Assembly (NCBI GenBank): GCA_951406725.2
Contig: OX597821.1
Location: 85,312,001-85,376,000, forward strand
DNA: 64,000 nt
Origin: Octopus vulgaris
Taxonomy: Eukaryota
Direction of reading: 5' to 3'
In this document: positions 40,241 through 53,471 of the stretch, piece by piece
Position numbering within the stretch: position 1 is the first letter of the stretch
Layout of the letters: the number at the start of each line of letters is the position of its first letter
Made by a program: the position numbers and the translations under genes
Notes under the pieces: generated by a model
What the model saw: the letters and a program-made list of their open reading frames with translations, nothing else
Told to the model about the DNA's origin: nothing
The model's database searches: none

Positions 40241-43200
40241 GGGGCCGTGGTGGTACTGTGGTGTTTTTCCGGAAGGGTCTGGATTTGAAAATAAAGGCAG
40301 TCTTCCTGGATCTAGAAGGTAAGTTGGTGGTCCTAGATGTGAACAGCAGTGATGGCAGTGCTTTCAAACTGGTCACTGCCTATGCTCCAACAAGGGCAGG
40401 GAGGTCGATTACTTTAAGCATCTGGAAGTTTTCTGGGAACGTCTCAGACTTTAGTATTAGTAGGGGATGGGAATGCTGTCTTAGAGGGACGTTTCAATTG
40501 TGTGGGAGTATCTGACAGGAGAGGGGTGTACAAAATCTTCAAAAACCTGCTCACACGTTTTCAGTTGTGTGTCAGGTACCGACTAGATAACCCGAATGTG
40601 CCAAAGTGGACTTGTACAAACTGTATCAGGTCATCTAGATTGTATCTAGATAGGGTGTTTTGTAGGCCAGTGTTCAAGGATAGCATAGGGTGCCCACAAT
40701 TTCACATGGTCGGCTACACAGACCATAAATTTGTGATCTGTACAGTCGACTTAGAAAGACTTCAAAGACAGGGTCCCAGTTACTGGAAGCTGAACAAGTT
40801 GTTACCGGTGTGTCAAGCTTACAGAGACTGGATTAGCAAATTAGTTAAGCAGGCATTGATGGGTGCAATTGTCAACAACAACTGGTGGTTTACTCTTAAA
40901 AGAGCAATTAGAGTAGAATCGATTAGGTTTAGCAAAGCATTAGCGGTAGAGAGAAATAGAATAGAAGGAGATTTAGTTAGGAAGTTAGATGAGGCACTTA
41001 GGACAGGCATCGCAACTGAAATACTGGCAGTCAATTTGGCCCTCAACCAATTTTTCAATGCCAAACATGAAGGCTGTGCTGTCAGAGCTAAGGTATGTTC
41101 ATTAAGCAGGGAGGGAACAAAAGCGTCATGATAGGCCTGCATGGCAGAGGGGGAAAAGTGGAAATAAAGCCACCATTCACTCTTTGGTGGACCAGAACAG
41201 ATTCATGGTATTCGAGCCAAAACAGATGTGTGTGGCTTTTCAGCGGCAATTTGCTCAACAGTTTGGGACAAGTGGTAGTTCAGATAACAGGGAAGATTTC
41301 AGTGCCTATTTGGGCAGCCTACCATGACTCTCAACGAACGAGGCAGAGTGCTGCAAAAGGGTGATAACAGCCACAGAAATACAGGAAGCAATGAAGAGTT
41401 GCACGAGCAGTAGATCTCTGGGTTTGGATGGTCTGCCCTACAAGTTTTATACTTTGATGACAGAATTGCTTGCGAGACTCTTAGCAAACATCTACTGCAA
41501 CTGGCAGCAAAATAGGAGAATTCCCACTTTTCTTTGTCGAGGGGTAGTGGCCCTGCTGAGAAAGGACTCAAACAAGGGTACATTATAGAGAATTTCAGGC
41601 CCATCAATCTGCTCAATGCAGAGTTGAAGATTTTGGCCAAGATGTTAGCCAAGAGGTTGGCACTTGTCATGGACAAACTGGTTGGCGAGGTGCAAACTTG
41701 TGCCATCCCAGTCAGGAGTATTCACGATAACCTCCATCTTCTGCACTACATCTTAGAGAGGGTGGGTAATGAAGCTGGCATGGGTGGGGCTCTGATCAAT
41801 TTAGATCAATCTAAAGCTTTTGATTGGGTTGACCATCAATACTTTGCGGCTGTCCTCAGGGCAGCTGGTTTCGGTCCAGTTTTATGTGGTTGGATTGCTG
41901 CTTTATACAGTGGCATCTGCTCGGTTGTTCAGGTGAATGGTACCTGTTGGAGCTGTAGCAATGTCGTCCTCTCATTGCTATCTTCACTGTTTGAGCAGAG
42001 AATTAAGAATAACCTCGTTCGAGATTACAAACATCTTCGGCTAGTTCAACATTGTTGTAAACACTAATTCGATTGGCTGACACGTGGTCTCTACTACGTT
42101 CGCACCGCTGGTTATAACGTGACGCGATTTGCCTCCGCTTATTTTCGCGCCATAGTTCCAAGCAGCCAATCACAGCTTTCCATTTCTGAAGTTCATTGGG
42201 AGCCACAGAAAGCTTATAAAAGAAGGTTTCTCAGACAAATATCCGTCTTAGGTTTCAAGTCCTTCTCAGGGCTAACATCTGACCACACAGAGCATACTAG
42301 ACCAAGTTCCAGTTTGAAAGGCAGGCGACCACCATTAATACAAGATGTTACAGATACCTTCCATACTGTTAGTGTGAAAATATCACCATGAAAAAAACGG
42401 TTACAGGATATCTATAACTAGAGAAAAATAACCAAGCAGAATATATAAGGAAGACGCAGCAAAAACCAAGCGACAGACATCGACAAACATCGAAGATTTA
42501 ATTTGTACACAAGACAACTACAGATTCAGCTATAGCGGTTAGGTGAAAATCTCGCCACGGAAAAACGGCTACAGTTAACACATCTGGAAGTATATTCATA
42601 TCAAGAGAAAGATAAACACAACGAGTGATTCAATTAATCTCAACTATGAGACGCAACATCTTGATATGGAACTCTTACGCTGTACCTCATAAACGGTAAA
42701 TCAATTATCTGTTCTTGGGTTCTAGTTTCTTCTAAGAACTACCTTAAGCCATCTGTTATTACCTGTTGCCAGGCTGATACCAACAACATGAACTGTGAAC
42801 CAAATTCCATCGTCATTTCACTGGTCAGTACTTTTTACGCCTCACGAACACACAGACACAAAAACATGCTAACACTTACAAACTTCCAACATCAAGCATG
42901 ATTGTAAAATATGTAAAATAAATAATGTATATATCTTAAAAAAAAATCTTGTTGTCATTCCAATTTATGTGTTTTGCCGCTGCATGTATTACCTGGTCAG
43001 TAAATAAATTATTAAGAATGGGATCGCGTGCGATTGTATCTCTTATACGATACGACCGTATGTGATCCTATTTTTATAGAGCCATTCAGCATCCTGCATT
43101 CGGTCTGTCAAGGGTGCCCTCTCTCCTCTCTTCTCTATGTACTGACTCTTGAGCCATTATTGTGGAAGTTGGAGGCTTTGAGAGGTGTCCTTTGTGATCT

Positions 43201-43870
43201 AGAATGTGAAAGAAATGTGTCTGCTTACACTGATGATGTCACCATTATAGTGTCGAACCACAGGCATACAGACCTGATTGGTGAAACACTAGAGGAATAT
43301 GAAGCAGTGACAGGAGCTAAAATTAATGGGGAAAAGTTAGTGGGCTTGTAACTCGGCACCTGGAGAAGCAAGCCCATGCCATCCAACAGCATGATGGGGC
43401 ACTGGCCAGACGATCCCGTTAAGCTGCTCAGAGTTTGGTTTGGTCCTGACTCCCAGGTGGAGAAGAACTAGGATGAGGTGACGAGAAGGGTAGCCAATCT
43501 CACCCAGAAATGAGCCAAGAGAAAGCGGTCCCTGAAAGGTCAAGCGGAGGTGGTAAATGCATACATTGCATCCGTCATCTATTACCACTTGACTGTCATT
43601 CCTTGCCCTGTTTGCTGGTTGACCAAGCTGGTGCACTTACTCTTCTGCTTTCTGTGGAAGGGGCACATTTCACTGCTGTTAACAACTACTGAATGGAGGG
43701 CTGAGTATGCCATGGTTGCTGATGCACAGACATGCACTGAGGTTGCAGCATCTCCAGCATTTCCTTGACGGAGAGCAGGTGTGGTCAGAGTTTGTAAGAC
43801 ACATTTTTCCACATCTCATCACTTTGACTGAGTTGCAATCCTGGATTAGGCATAGACCGAGGAAGGACCC
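40241..43870 (+). mobile_element. L1/Tx1-clade non-LTR retrotransposon ORF2 pseudogene (APE endonuclease plus RT), interrupted by a solo LTR
   Basis: Motifs in order across frameshifts: GGTVVFF, GKLVVLDV, AYAP, YLDRVF, TDH, YWKLN, SLGLDGLP, NFRPINLLNAELKILAKMLAKRL, DQSKAFDWVDH, QGCPLSSLLY, AYTDDVT, GAKIN. Confidence 0.93.
41954..43078 (+). mobile_element. Solo LTR, 1125 bp, inserted into the L1/Tx1 RT region
   Basis: 4-bp TSD GAGC at 41950-41953 and 43079-43082; termini TGTAG...TTATA (decayed TG..CA); CCAAT near 42165, TATAAAA near 42215, AATAAA near 42917 and 43003. Removing it restores ...LLEPFSILHSVCQG. Confidence 0.85.
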
Positions 43871-43903
<33 letters not shown>

Positions 43904-43906
<3 letters not shown>

Positions 43907-44188
43907 TATGTTTGACTTTTGCTTTATGTTTGTACAAGTTGGCTCAAGTCTCACACAGAGACCTCAAGAGACAACAGGTTGGAAGTTCACGTTGTTATTA
44001 TGCCTAGTGTGCCATATATTTGGGGGGGTTTTTTTGGTGTTGTACTAGTGAATGTCTAATAAATAAATTTAAAAAAAAAAGTTTGTTTTAAACCTTGGGA
44101 TTACATAGAAAGTATTTTGCGTAGGATATGAGCAGTTCCCACGAGCTCTATCTTTTGAATTTCTGCCATTTTGGGGTTTCCTGGTATC

Positions 44189-44189
<1 letters not shown>
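43904..44189 (-). mobile_element. 5'-truncated R4/Dong-like (RLE-type) non-LTR retrotransposon in a (TAA)n tract
   Basis: Minus strand 44187-44101 translates to IPGNPKMAEIQKIELVGTAHILRKILSM*, resembling the QK..LxGTAHILR C-terminus of R4/Dong ORFs; (TAA)n on both sides. Confidence 0.75.
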
Positions 44190-44249
<60 letters not shown>

Positions 44250-46555
44250 GTTGTTGTTGTTGTTGTTGTTGTTATTATTATAATGTTTTAGTGAGTAATG
44301 TAGAGTATAAAGTGAACTTCTGACAGGCCAAGAGCATGATGTAATTTTCAACTGAGGTATATTCATGTCATATTACCATTGTCTCTGGGGAAAAGTGTAA
44401 CATCAACACGAAGCCATGGGATTGCAAAATTATCTTCTTAAACACCATGTTTACAACTGGAATCGAACCAGGACTTTCTAATATAACTGTAAGCATTAGG
44501 CTTCACTGTTATTTTATAGATGTATTGAAATATATCATTGATTAAAGATGAAATTATAATTGCATTAGCCCCTTTTATACTGAAGTTTCAGTGTATTCTA
44601 ATATTGGTGGACTCTTTAAGAGAATAATTAGTTTTTCTTACATGAAATACTTACTTCCTCTCCACTTCTTCATGTTAAGCAATAAATCACTTTCCTCTCT
44701 AATCTATCTAACAAAGCAACACTTTTGTCGCTGCTACTTGATTCAACAAGAAATATCAGTGGCTATTAATGTCACTAGGATAGAATGCTGTGATATTTTC
44801 AACTTGGCTTTCTACTGCAAGATGTATCTTTTTCTCAGGCAAGCTCCAGTTTAATTTGACTTTTTAATGACAGAAACTGAGAGATAGAAGGGTGCAAAAG
44901 ATAACATTTTGTGGTTTTGGTCAACAATACGGCCTTTGAAAGTTACCTAATGCCATTCTGATAAAAATTTTTCACTTTTGAAAATTTCACTTAGACTTTG
45001 CTGTTAATAGCCATTTAAGGTCACAACTCTGGCTGTAAATATATCTCAGACTGCAGAAACTGAGACAAATTTCTTCAGTTCATCAATCTGAAAACCAGTA
45101 TGCTTGCACTTTTAACCAAGACAAATTCTTTACCTTCTTTTTAAGTGTAAAATTGTTATCAATCCAGCAAAAAATTGAACTCCATCCTGTGGCAGTTTGT
45201 ATCAGAGTTGTCAAAAAGTTTATCATATACTTAGGTACTCATTTATTTGTAAAGTATATTGATGTGAGAAGACAGAGGTTCAAATCCTGCCACCAAGCTG
45301 TCAACTGTTAATGAGAATTCTATATTCAAAATACTCATTTGGCATCTTAATTTAGAAAACTGATTTTGAATTCATATTGTGGGTCATCTTCCACCCCCAA
45401 TCTAAGAGCAAAGGATATAGGAATTCTTTGTCAACCATACTTTTGCAAAGAACATTAGGAACCATTTCATATGAAATGGGTTCTAATTTATTAGCTTATA
45501 ATACAGAATGTATTTTCCAAATTGTGTACAGTATAATCGGGGCCAGAATGATCTAATGCAGGGAGTCATCACCATCACCATCTTCATTAAACATCTATTT
45601 TCCATGCCGGCATGGATTGGACAGTTTGACAGAAGCTAGTAGGACTGTGTCTGCACTAGGCTCCATTGCATGTTTTGGCATGGTTTTGATGACTGGATAC
45701 CCTTCCTAATATCAAGTTACATTGTTGAATTATAATTAATTTCATGGACCCAGCTGTATATTGAAGAACCAGGACCAATGTACATAGATCAGCTAGCATA
45801 AATATAGAGATAATAAAAGTGATTAGAAGGTTCTAATATTTATTATTTTACCTAAACCTTGAAATCTACCAGTTAGCCAATTTCAAAGGTTATAACTGTA
45901 AGACAATGGCTTACATATATGATAAATAATTGGATGAATTTGAATGTGTAGACCCTTCCTGCATAATTCCTGATTTCGTTTTAAATCAACCCTAAAAGCA
46001 CAAAGCTCAAATTATATGAATTCATTAACATATGACATTGTTACTGATCTGTTTTTATGATCAAATGTTGAAAATGTGTTTATTTTAATATAAACATATT
46101 GAACTTATTTAATAGCAAAGGATAGACTCAAACTGTATGCTCTAAAACGCTTGTTTACTGTTAAAAAATCTAGGTTTGATCAAGTGGGAGAGGTTAGCAT
46201 TCAGGTGTTTATAACAAGCCAGAAAAAATAAGGTAGGAATTTGGTATGGGCTTACATTTCTATAGATGTATAAAGGAAACCCTTTGGTAAAGAATCATAT
46301 GTTTTCTTTATCATTTTTTCCTTTTTGAAATTATATTCTCTTCTATTACTTGAAGTACATCACATACACTTTATACAAATGCCTTGCAACCTATACATAA
46401 ACTATATATAAGGCCTACTTTTTACATCTCTGTCAGGCCTGTTACCAGCTTGGTTCTTGGCTATAATATATTAGTGATAATTTTTATTTGTTCAACCAAT
46501 CTTATATATGAGGAACGTATTAATTAAACACAATATTGTATGACACACACACATG

Positions 46556-46614
<59 letters not shown>

Positions 46615-46836
46615 GACAGAAAGACAAATAGACAGAGGCAGACAGACAAACAAATATATGATGGGCTTTTCCAGTTTCCATTTACCAAATCCACAACCAA
46701 ACCTTTGGTCAGCTCAGGGCTCTCATCAAAGTCACTAGCAGGGAGACTGAACCTGAAACTAAGTGGTTAGAAAACAAACTTCTTAATCACACAGCCATAA
46801 TAGAATAAAATTTATATATTAAATAGAAGCATACAT

Positions 46837-47267
46837 AGGCGCAGGAGTGGCTGTGTGGTAAGTAGCTTGCTTACCAACCACATGGTTCCGGGTTCAGTCC
46901 CACTGCGTGGCATCTTGGACAAGTGTCTTCTGCTATAGCCCCGGGCCAACCAATGCAGTGTGAGTGGATTTGGTAGACGGAAACTGAAAGAAGCCTGTCG
47001 TATATATGTACATATATATATATATATATGTATGTGTTTGTGTGTTTGTGTGTCTGTGTTTGTCCCCCTAGCATTGCTTGACAACCAATGCTGGTGTGTT
47101 TACGTCCCCGTCACTTAGCGGTTCGGCAAAAGAGACCGATAAAATAAGTACTGGGCTTACAAAGAATAAGTCCCGGGGTCGATTTGCTCGACTAAAGGCG
47201 GTGCTCCAGCATGGTCGCTGTCAAATGACTGAAACAAGTAAAAGAGTAAAATAGTAAAGAGTAGAGT
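46837..47267 (+). mobile_element. SINE family A, full length
   Basis: Consensus match. Confidence 0.9.
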
Positions 47268-47938
47268 ATACAAAATAAAATCTTCCATATACAAAGCCGC
47301 ACAGACAAAAAGATTTTCAACAATGTGCGATTGAAAAACATTATAATTACATCATCTTTAGTGTACATGGTATGTAATAGTCAGAGTCAAATGTTTAGTT
47401 TTGTTAAACTTAAAACTGGAAAGGAAATACTTTAGTTTAACAACATAATCATGTAAGAGATTCTGTAGTCAGTCAGTTCATATTACCAAATTGTAAATTA
47501 CTTCCTGATCAAATTTTCTCCATACAGAATTGCAACATTCTTCTGAAAGATGTAAATTATACTGTTATGACCTACAGTTTTTTTTTTTTCCAGTAATTTC
47601 CTCAGTGGTCACTTTATCAGCTCAGTCTGAGTATTGTCTTGTAACAAGGATCAGTGCAGTTAATTTCTTTGAGAAAAAAAAAATCATTGAAGATAATGGA
47701 ATTTGACGATTTCCAGTTCTCATTAGTAAATGATAGCAACTGTTTCACATTAATGTAAATTGTTAATTTAGTTATTGCATGATACAATACCACTAATGTT
47801 TTCCAAGCCCTGAAAAGCTTTGGTCAAATGCTGGTGTCTGCATTTGGTTTCCTACTGTTATCTAAACAATATGGTTGTGGCTGAATGATTAAATAAAGTT
47901 CGTTTTGAAATCAGGTGGTTCCAGATTTGATCTGTTAT

Positions 47939-47984
<46 letters not shown>

Positions 47985-48400
47985 TTGTTTCAGTCATTTC
48001 GTTGTGGCCATGCTGGAGCATTGCCTTAAAGGGCTTTTTAGTTGAAGAAACTGACTCCAGGACTTATTCTTTGTAAGCCTAGTACCGGTATCTTTTGCTG
48101 AACTGCTATGTTGCAGGAATGTAAACACACCAACAGTGGTTGTCAAGCAGTGGTGGGAGTCAAATACAGACACACAGACACACACACATAGATATATACA
48201 TACATACATACATACAGACATACATACGTATATATATGATGGGCTTCTCTCAGTTTCCATTCACCAAATCCATTCACAAGGCTTTGGTTGGCCTGAGGCT
48301 ATAGTAGAAGACACTTGCTCAAGGTGCCATGCAGTGGGACTGAACCCAAAACCTTGTGGTTGGGAAACAAACTTCTTACCACACATAAACACCTGCGCCT
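47985..48400 (-). mobile_element. SINE family A, diverged
   Basis: Consensus match, reverse orientation. Confidence 0.8.
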
Positions 48401-48480
48401 ATATATATATATACATACATGAATACACACTCACACACACATATATACATATGTATACATATATATATATATATATATCA

Positions 48481-48596
48481 AGTGATCACGTGACCGACCA
48501 GACCATCAGATGTTGTTACACATCGCTGGTCACAATGCGTTCGCATTGTTTTAGCCTTCGAATGGCGCCACCCCGCTGGCTAAGCGAGCAGGCCAA
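48481..48596 (-). mobile_element. Headless tail-type-1 module of SINE family C in (TA)n
   Basis: Near-identical to 56107-56224, with the same breakpoint (gcaggccaa). Confidence 0.8.
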
Positions 48597-48613
48597 TATA
48601 TATATATATATAT

Positions 48614-48681
<68 letters not shown>

Positions 48682-49010
48682 GTTACAGGATTTCAAGTAG
48701 TAATGCAGTACGACCGTTTCAAGTGGCTCCATTTAATTGAACAATGCAATCATTACATTCATGTTAAATACAGTGCTATCTTCAAATGTGCAAATACGGA
48801 ACTTCAACAGACAAGATACATTAATACAATTTTTCTTAAATATTTTAACAGAGCAAGAGGATGGAAGAAGTTCTTGCTGTCTCTATTATAGCAGGAATAG
48901 CTAAGAGAACAGGAAGGGTTTCCATCCATAGAAAATGTACTTCAATAAACTCTGTTCAATCCATGCAAGCATGTTATTTTGTAAAGAATGAGTGTTTGGT
49001 CCAATATATA

Positions 49011-49410
49011 CTCTCTTTTACTCTTTTACTTGTTTCAGTCATGTGACTGCGGCCATGCTGGAGCACCACCTTTTAATCGAGCAACTCGACCCCAGGACTT
49101 ATTCTTTTGTAAGCCCAGTACTTATTCTATCGGTCTCTTTTGCCGAACCGCTAAGTAACGGGGACATAAACACACCAGCATCGGTTGTCAAGCAATGCTA
49201 GGGGGACAAACACAGACACACACACATATATATATATACATATATACGACAGGCTTCTTTCAGTTTCCGTCTACCAAATCCACTCACAAAGCATTGGTCA
49301 GCCCGGGGCTATAGCAGAAGACACTTGTCCAAGATGCCACGCAGTGGGACTGAACCCGGAACCATGTGGTTGTTTAGCAAGCTACTTACCACACAGCCAC
49401 TCCTGCGCCT
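49011..49410 (-). mobile_element. SINE family A, full length
   Basis: Consensus match. Confidence 0.9.
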
Positions 49411-49867
49411 ATATATGTTCTCAATTGTTTCATGTTATCAACCTGATAAAGAATATAATGATGACAACAATGATAATAATACATGATAACAATAATAGCA
49501 TATGATGATAATACATCACACACTGTAAAGGGTTTGGTGTTAGGAAGGGTATTCAGCTGTAGAAAAACTAAGCGAAATCAAAGGGAAACCTGATGCAGCT
49601 TTCCAACTTACCAGCTCTGGTGGAACTGTCCAACCAATGCCAGCAAGGAAAATGATGTTAAAGGATGATGTTAGCAATGATGATGATGACGATATGTTTA
49701 TTGATAATATATTTGCTAGATGAGATCTACCTCTACAATAATATTTTGGTATAGGAGATTTGTAGCAACAGGAAATTTAAAGGGCTCCCATCATTCATCA
49801 ACCAGTTAGCACACATGAATAGCACCTCTTCATTTGTCTCCCTCTTTCTCTCTCTCACATGTGTGTA

Positions 49868-49911
<44 letters not shown>

Positions 49912-50439
49912 AGTAAATAACTTAATATAATTTGACAGAGCGTATAACTTGATATTGTCTCAGTTTTGTTTCAAACCTATCAGTGCATTCCTCCGCTCTA
50001 CTCTGAGAGAATGGAGGTCAAATTCTGACAGATTTAAGGAAGGGTTGGGTCTAAAAATAAAGTCAAGAAGAGAGAAATGTTATTGTGTGTGAAAAGGAGG
50101 GCACTTCTGTTCTATCTAGTGGTCTCAGTGTTGGCGATGTACAGTGTGAATGTATTTTCTTTATAGTGGTTGTAAGGATGGTGGAGGGAAACACTTGTTG
50201 CTGCATTTTCTTTATTAGAACTGTAATTGGAGGATACTAGAGTGGAAGAAATGGTAGAGCATTGAAATAGGTGCTTTGCATTATCTCATTATATACCTTG
50301 TAAGTTTTGAGTTTGAATCTTGTCAGTCAATTTTATCTGACATTGCCATGCTTGAGAAGAAGGGCCATCAAGCCAAGTGAAATGGCAGATACTGGTGTTA
50401 TGCAACTGGCACCTGTGCGGGTGGTACATAAAAGTGGTT

Positions 50440-51135
50440 GGCATTAGGAAGGGCATCTTGGAAGGGCATCTTGAAAGGGCATCTTGGAAGAGCATCTCGG
50501 AAAGGCATTAGGAAGGGCATCTTGGAAGGGCATCTCGGAAAGGCATTAGGAAGGGCATCTTGGAAGGACATCTTGAAAGGGCATCTTGGAAGGGTATTTT
50601 GGAAAGGCACTAGGAAGAGCATCTTGGAAGGGCATCTCGAAAAGGCATTAGGAAGGGCATCTTGGAAGGATATTTTGGAAAGGCATTAGGAAGGGCATCG
50701 TGGAAGGATATTTTGGAAAGGCATTAGGAAGGGCATCTCGGAAAGGCACCTTAGAAGGACATCTCGGAAGGGCATCTTGGGAGGGTATTTTGGAAAGGCA
50801 TTAGGAAGGGTATCTTGGAAGGGCATCTTGAAAGGGCATCTTGGAAGGGCATCTTGGAAAGGCATTAGGAAGGGCATCTTGGAAGGATATTTTGGAAAGG
50901 CATTAGGAAGGGCATCTTGGAAAGGCATTAAGAAGGGCATCTCGAAAGGGCATCTCGGAAAGGAATTAGGAAGGGTATCTTGGAAGGGCATCTTGAAAGG
51001 GCATCTTGGAAGGGCATCTCGGAAAGGCATTAAGAAGGGCATCTCGAAAGGGCATCTCGGAAAGGAATTAGGAAGGGCATCTTGGAAAGACACATCGAAA
51101 GGGCATCTCAGAAGGGCATCATGAAAGGGCATCCA
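50440..51135 (+). repeat. Minisatellite of 12-13-bp units (ggaagggcatctt / ggaaaggcatta) inside an RTE 3' tail
   Basis: Begins at the normal RTE-tail motif gtggttggcattaggaagggcatc and resumes with cagct...gttaaat(gat)n at 51135-51230. Confidence 0.92.
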
Positions 51136-51197
51136 GCTATGCCAAATCAGACTGGAGTCTGGTGTAGTCCTATACCAGCATGGACAACAGATGTTAA

Positions 51198-51233
<36 letters not shown>

Positions 51234-51629
51234 CATTCAAGAATAATAAAATAAATACTAAGTCACATAGTGGATGTGACTCATTTGATTATATCTCCTA
51301 CCTTCAGTTATATATTTATGACATTGGAGCCAATGAAGTTCATATGTGTATTACTCAACCAGCTACAAACATCAGTCAAACGAATCCCACAAATCGCCAC
51401 CTTAACATCTTAAAAAAAGGAAAGGTTTATTAGATTAGTCAGTATTAGATATATAAAATGATATACTACTTGTGATAGGAACACTTTTGATTTATATATA
51501 TCTGTTCAATCAGGAGTGACACTGGACCTAACAACAACAGTTTCTTACATTGTGTGAATGTACGGGTTTCTTAACAACACAGTTATGGAACCGGTGCCGT
51601 GCTCCATGATGTTAGGAAAAACATGTCAA

Positions 51630-51710
51630 CACCACCACCAGCACCACCAGCACCAAAGCCACCACCACCACCAATACCACCACTGCCACCAGCACCACCA
51701 CCACCACCAT
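51630..51710 (+). repeat. (CAC)n / (CAG) imperfect microsatellite
   Basis: Direct observation. Confidence 0.85.
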
Positions 51711-52784
51711 TAATGCTTCCAGCAGTTACTATTTATATTTAGATATTGTATTGGTAACAACAATCTTTTTTTTTTTGTTTTCTATTAGAAAATAAAGACA
51801 TTATAAATGGTGTCAACTGTCTCGGTTGGTCCTTTGTATTATTAAGTGTAGAGAATAGATGAAGGTGTGGCAGTATACAGAGGCATGGCTGTGCTGCTAA
51901 GCAGTTTGCTCCCCAACCACCTAGCGTTAGATTCAGTCCCATTGCGTGGCACCTAAAGCATGCATCTTCTACTACAACTACTACAGCTCTGGGCTGACTG
52001 AAGACTAGTGAGTGAATTTGATGGACAGAAACTGAAAGAAGCCCATTGTATGTATATATATATATATATATATATATACTCTCTCATGCACATACACACA
52101 CAGCAACAGCAGCAGCAGCAACTTAACAATAGAAATAGTAAAAACAGAACCTGGTCCTTTGTGAGAGAGTCTGTAATGCACAACATTATATATTTTGAAG
52201 AGGGCCCTAACATGGATGTCTAAATAAAGAGTGACCACCAAAAACTAAAACCATGTAGATATGCTTTCGTGGTGTTATTAGTTAGCCACTGTACTACATA
52301 GGGACTGCACTTGATAACCACACTACCTTACAACTACTGCAGTATGACACAGCCACTGCACTACACAGATACTCTACTACAAAGCTGTTGTACCATACTG
52401 TTATTGCAGTACTTCACAACCTTTGCATTTCTTTGATGCTGTACTACAAAGCTCTTGTACCACATAGTTGTTTTTTCCCAAACACAATATCTCACAGGTA
52501 CTATACTACAAAGCTGTCATACCAAACAGTCAGGAGATTGCACATCTGTTGCACTGCTAAATTTCTGCAGTTCATAACCTAACCCAGCCACTGAATAATA
52601 CAATTGTTGCACCACACAGCTGATTCAATGCAGTAAAATCACAATTTTGTTCTTAATAAATAATTAAATATCTCAGTGGCCATCTGTCTATTTGTGTTAG
52701 TGTCCAGATCAATGTTAAACTGTATCACATTACACTCCATGTAAAACTAGGTCTCTAACTGTATCCTGAATTATTCTAGTCTAT

Positions 52785-53300
52785 AATAATAATAAAACAT
52801 TGTGTACAGTGCTCAGGTGCACTACAACTCATCTAAAGTGTATGTATAGTACATAGGGTAATGTACAAGCGTCAGGAAAAGAACAGTGCATGAGTCATGA
52901 CATACACATATGTGTATGAGTATGGAAGGGGGACAATCAGGTGAAATTTCGGCGGATTTTGGAAAGCATGAGGGCCTTAAAGGATGCAGTGTCATGGCAG
53001 TCAACAACTGACGCAGGCAGTTTGTTCCATGCTTCAGCAACTCTGAGCGTGAAAAAATGTTTCCAAAAGTCATGGGAGCTGTGCTGTTTTCTGACTTTGT
53101 AGGCATGTCCACGTGTGTTGGACACATGGGGATCAAAAAGGTGTTCAGTGTTGTTGGTGAGGTGGTTGATAACTTTGTGGGTGTTTACCAAGTCTATCGC
53201 CAGACGCCGGAGCTTCAGTGAATCCATGCCCAGGGAAACAAGGCGCTCAGAGTATGGTAGGTGTCTGATGGAGGGTATGCGTTTGGTTGCACGTCTCTGA
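52785..53300 (-). mobile_element. CR1/L2-type LINE 3' fragment
   Basis: ORF 52937-53371 includes QRRATKRIPSIRHLPYSERLVSLGMDSLKLRR...TRGHAYK...HFFTLRVAEAWNKLP, a classic CR1 ORF2 C-terminus; (ATT)n tail. Confidence 0.9.
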
Positions 53301-53439
53301 GAGATTTCAATCATAGCATTTATCCTTAACTCCTGATGAAATTGTAGGGACACCGTTGTGATATACAGCATGTCTTAGGTGTATTTTTTAGACATTAGGA
53401 ACCCATTCTGCTCTAGGTTTGATCATAGCTGATTTATTT

Positions 53440-53471
<32 letters not shown>

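Noticed and set aside
39991-40515. Poly-Asn protein fused to an endonuclease
   Set aside because: An (AAT)n tract happens to be in frame with a frameshifted L1/Tx1 pseudogene.
50398-51240. Repetitive 74-184 aa ORFs on both strands
   Set aside because: By-product of a stop-poor minisatellite inside a retroelement tail.
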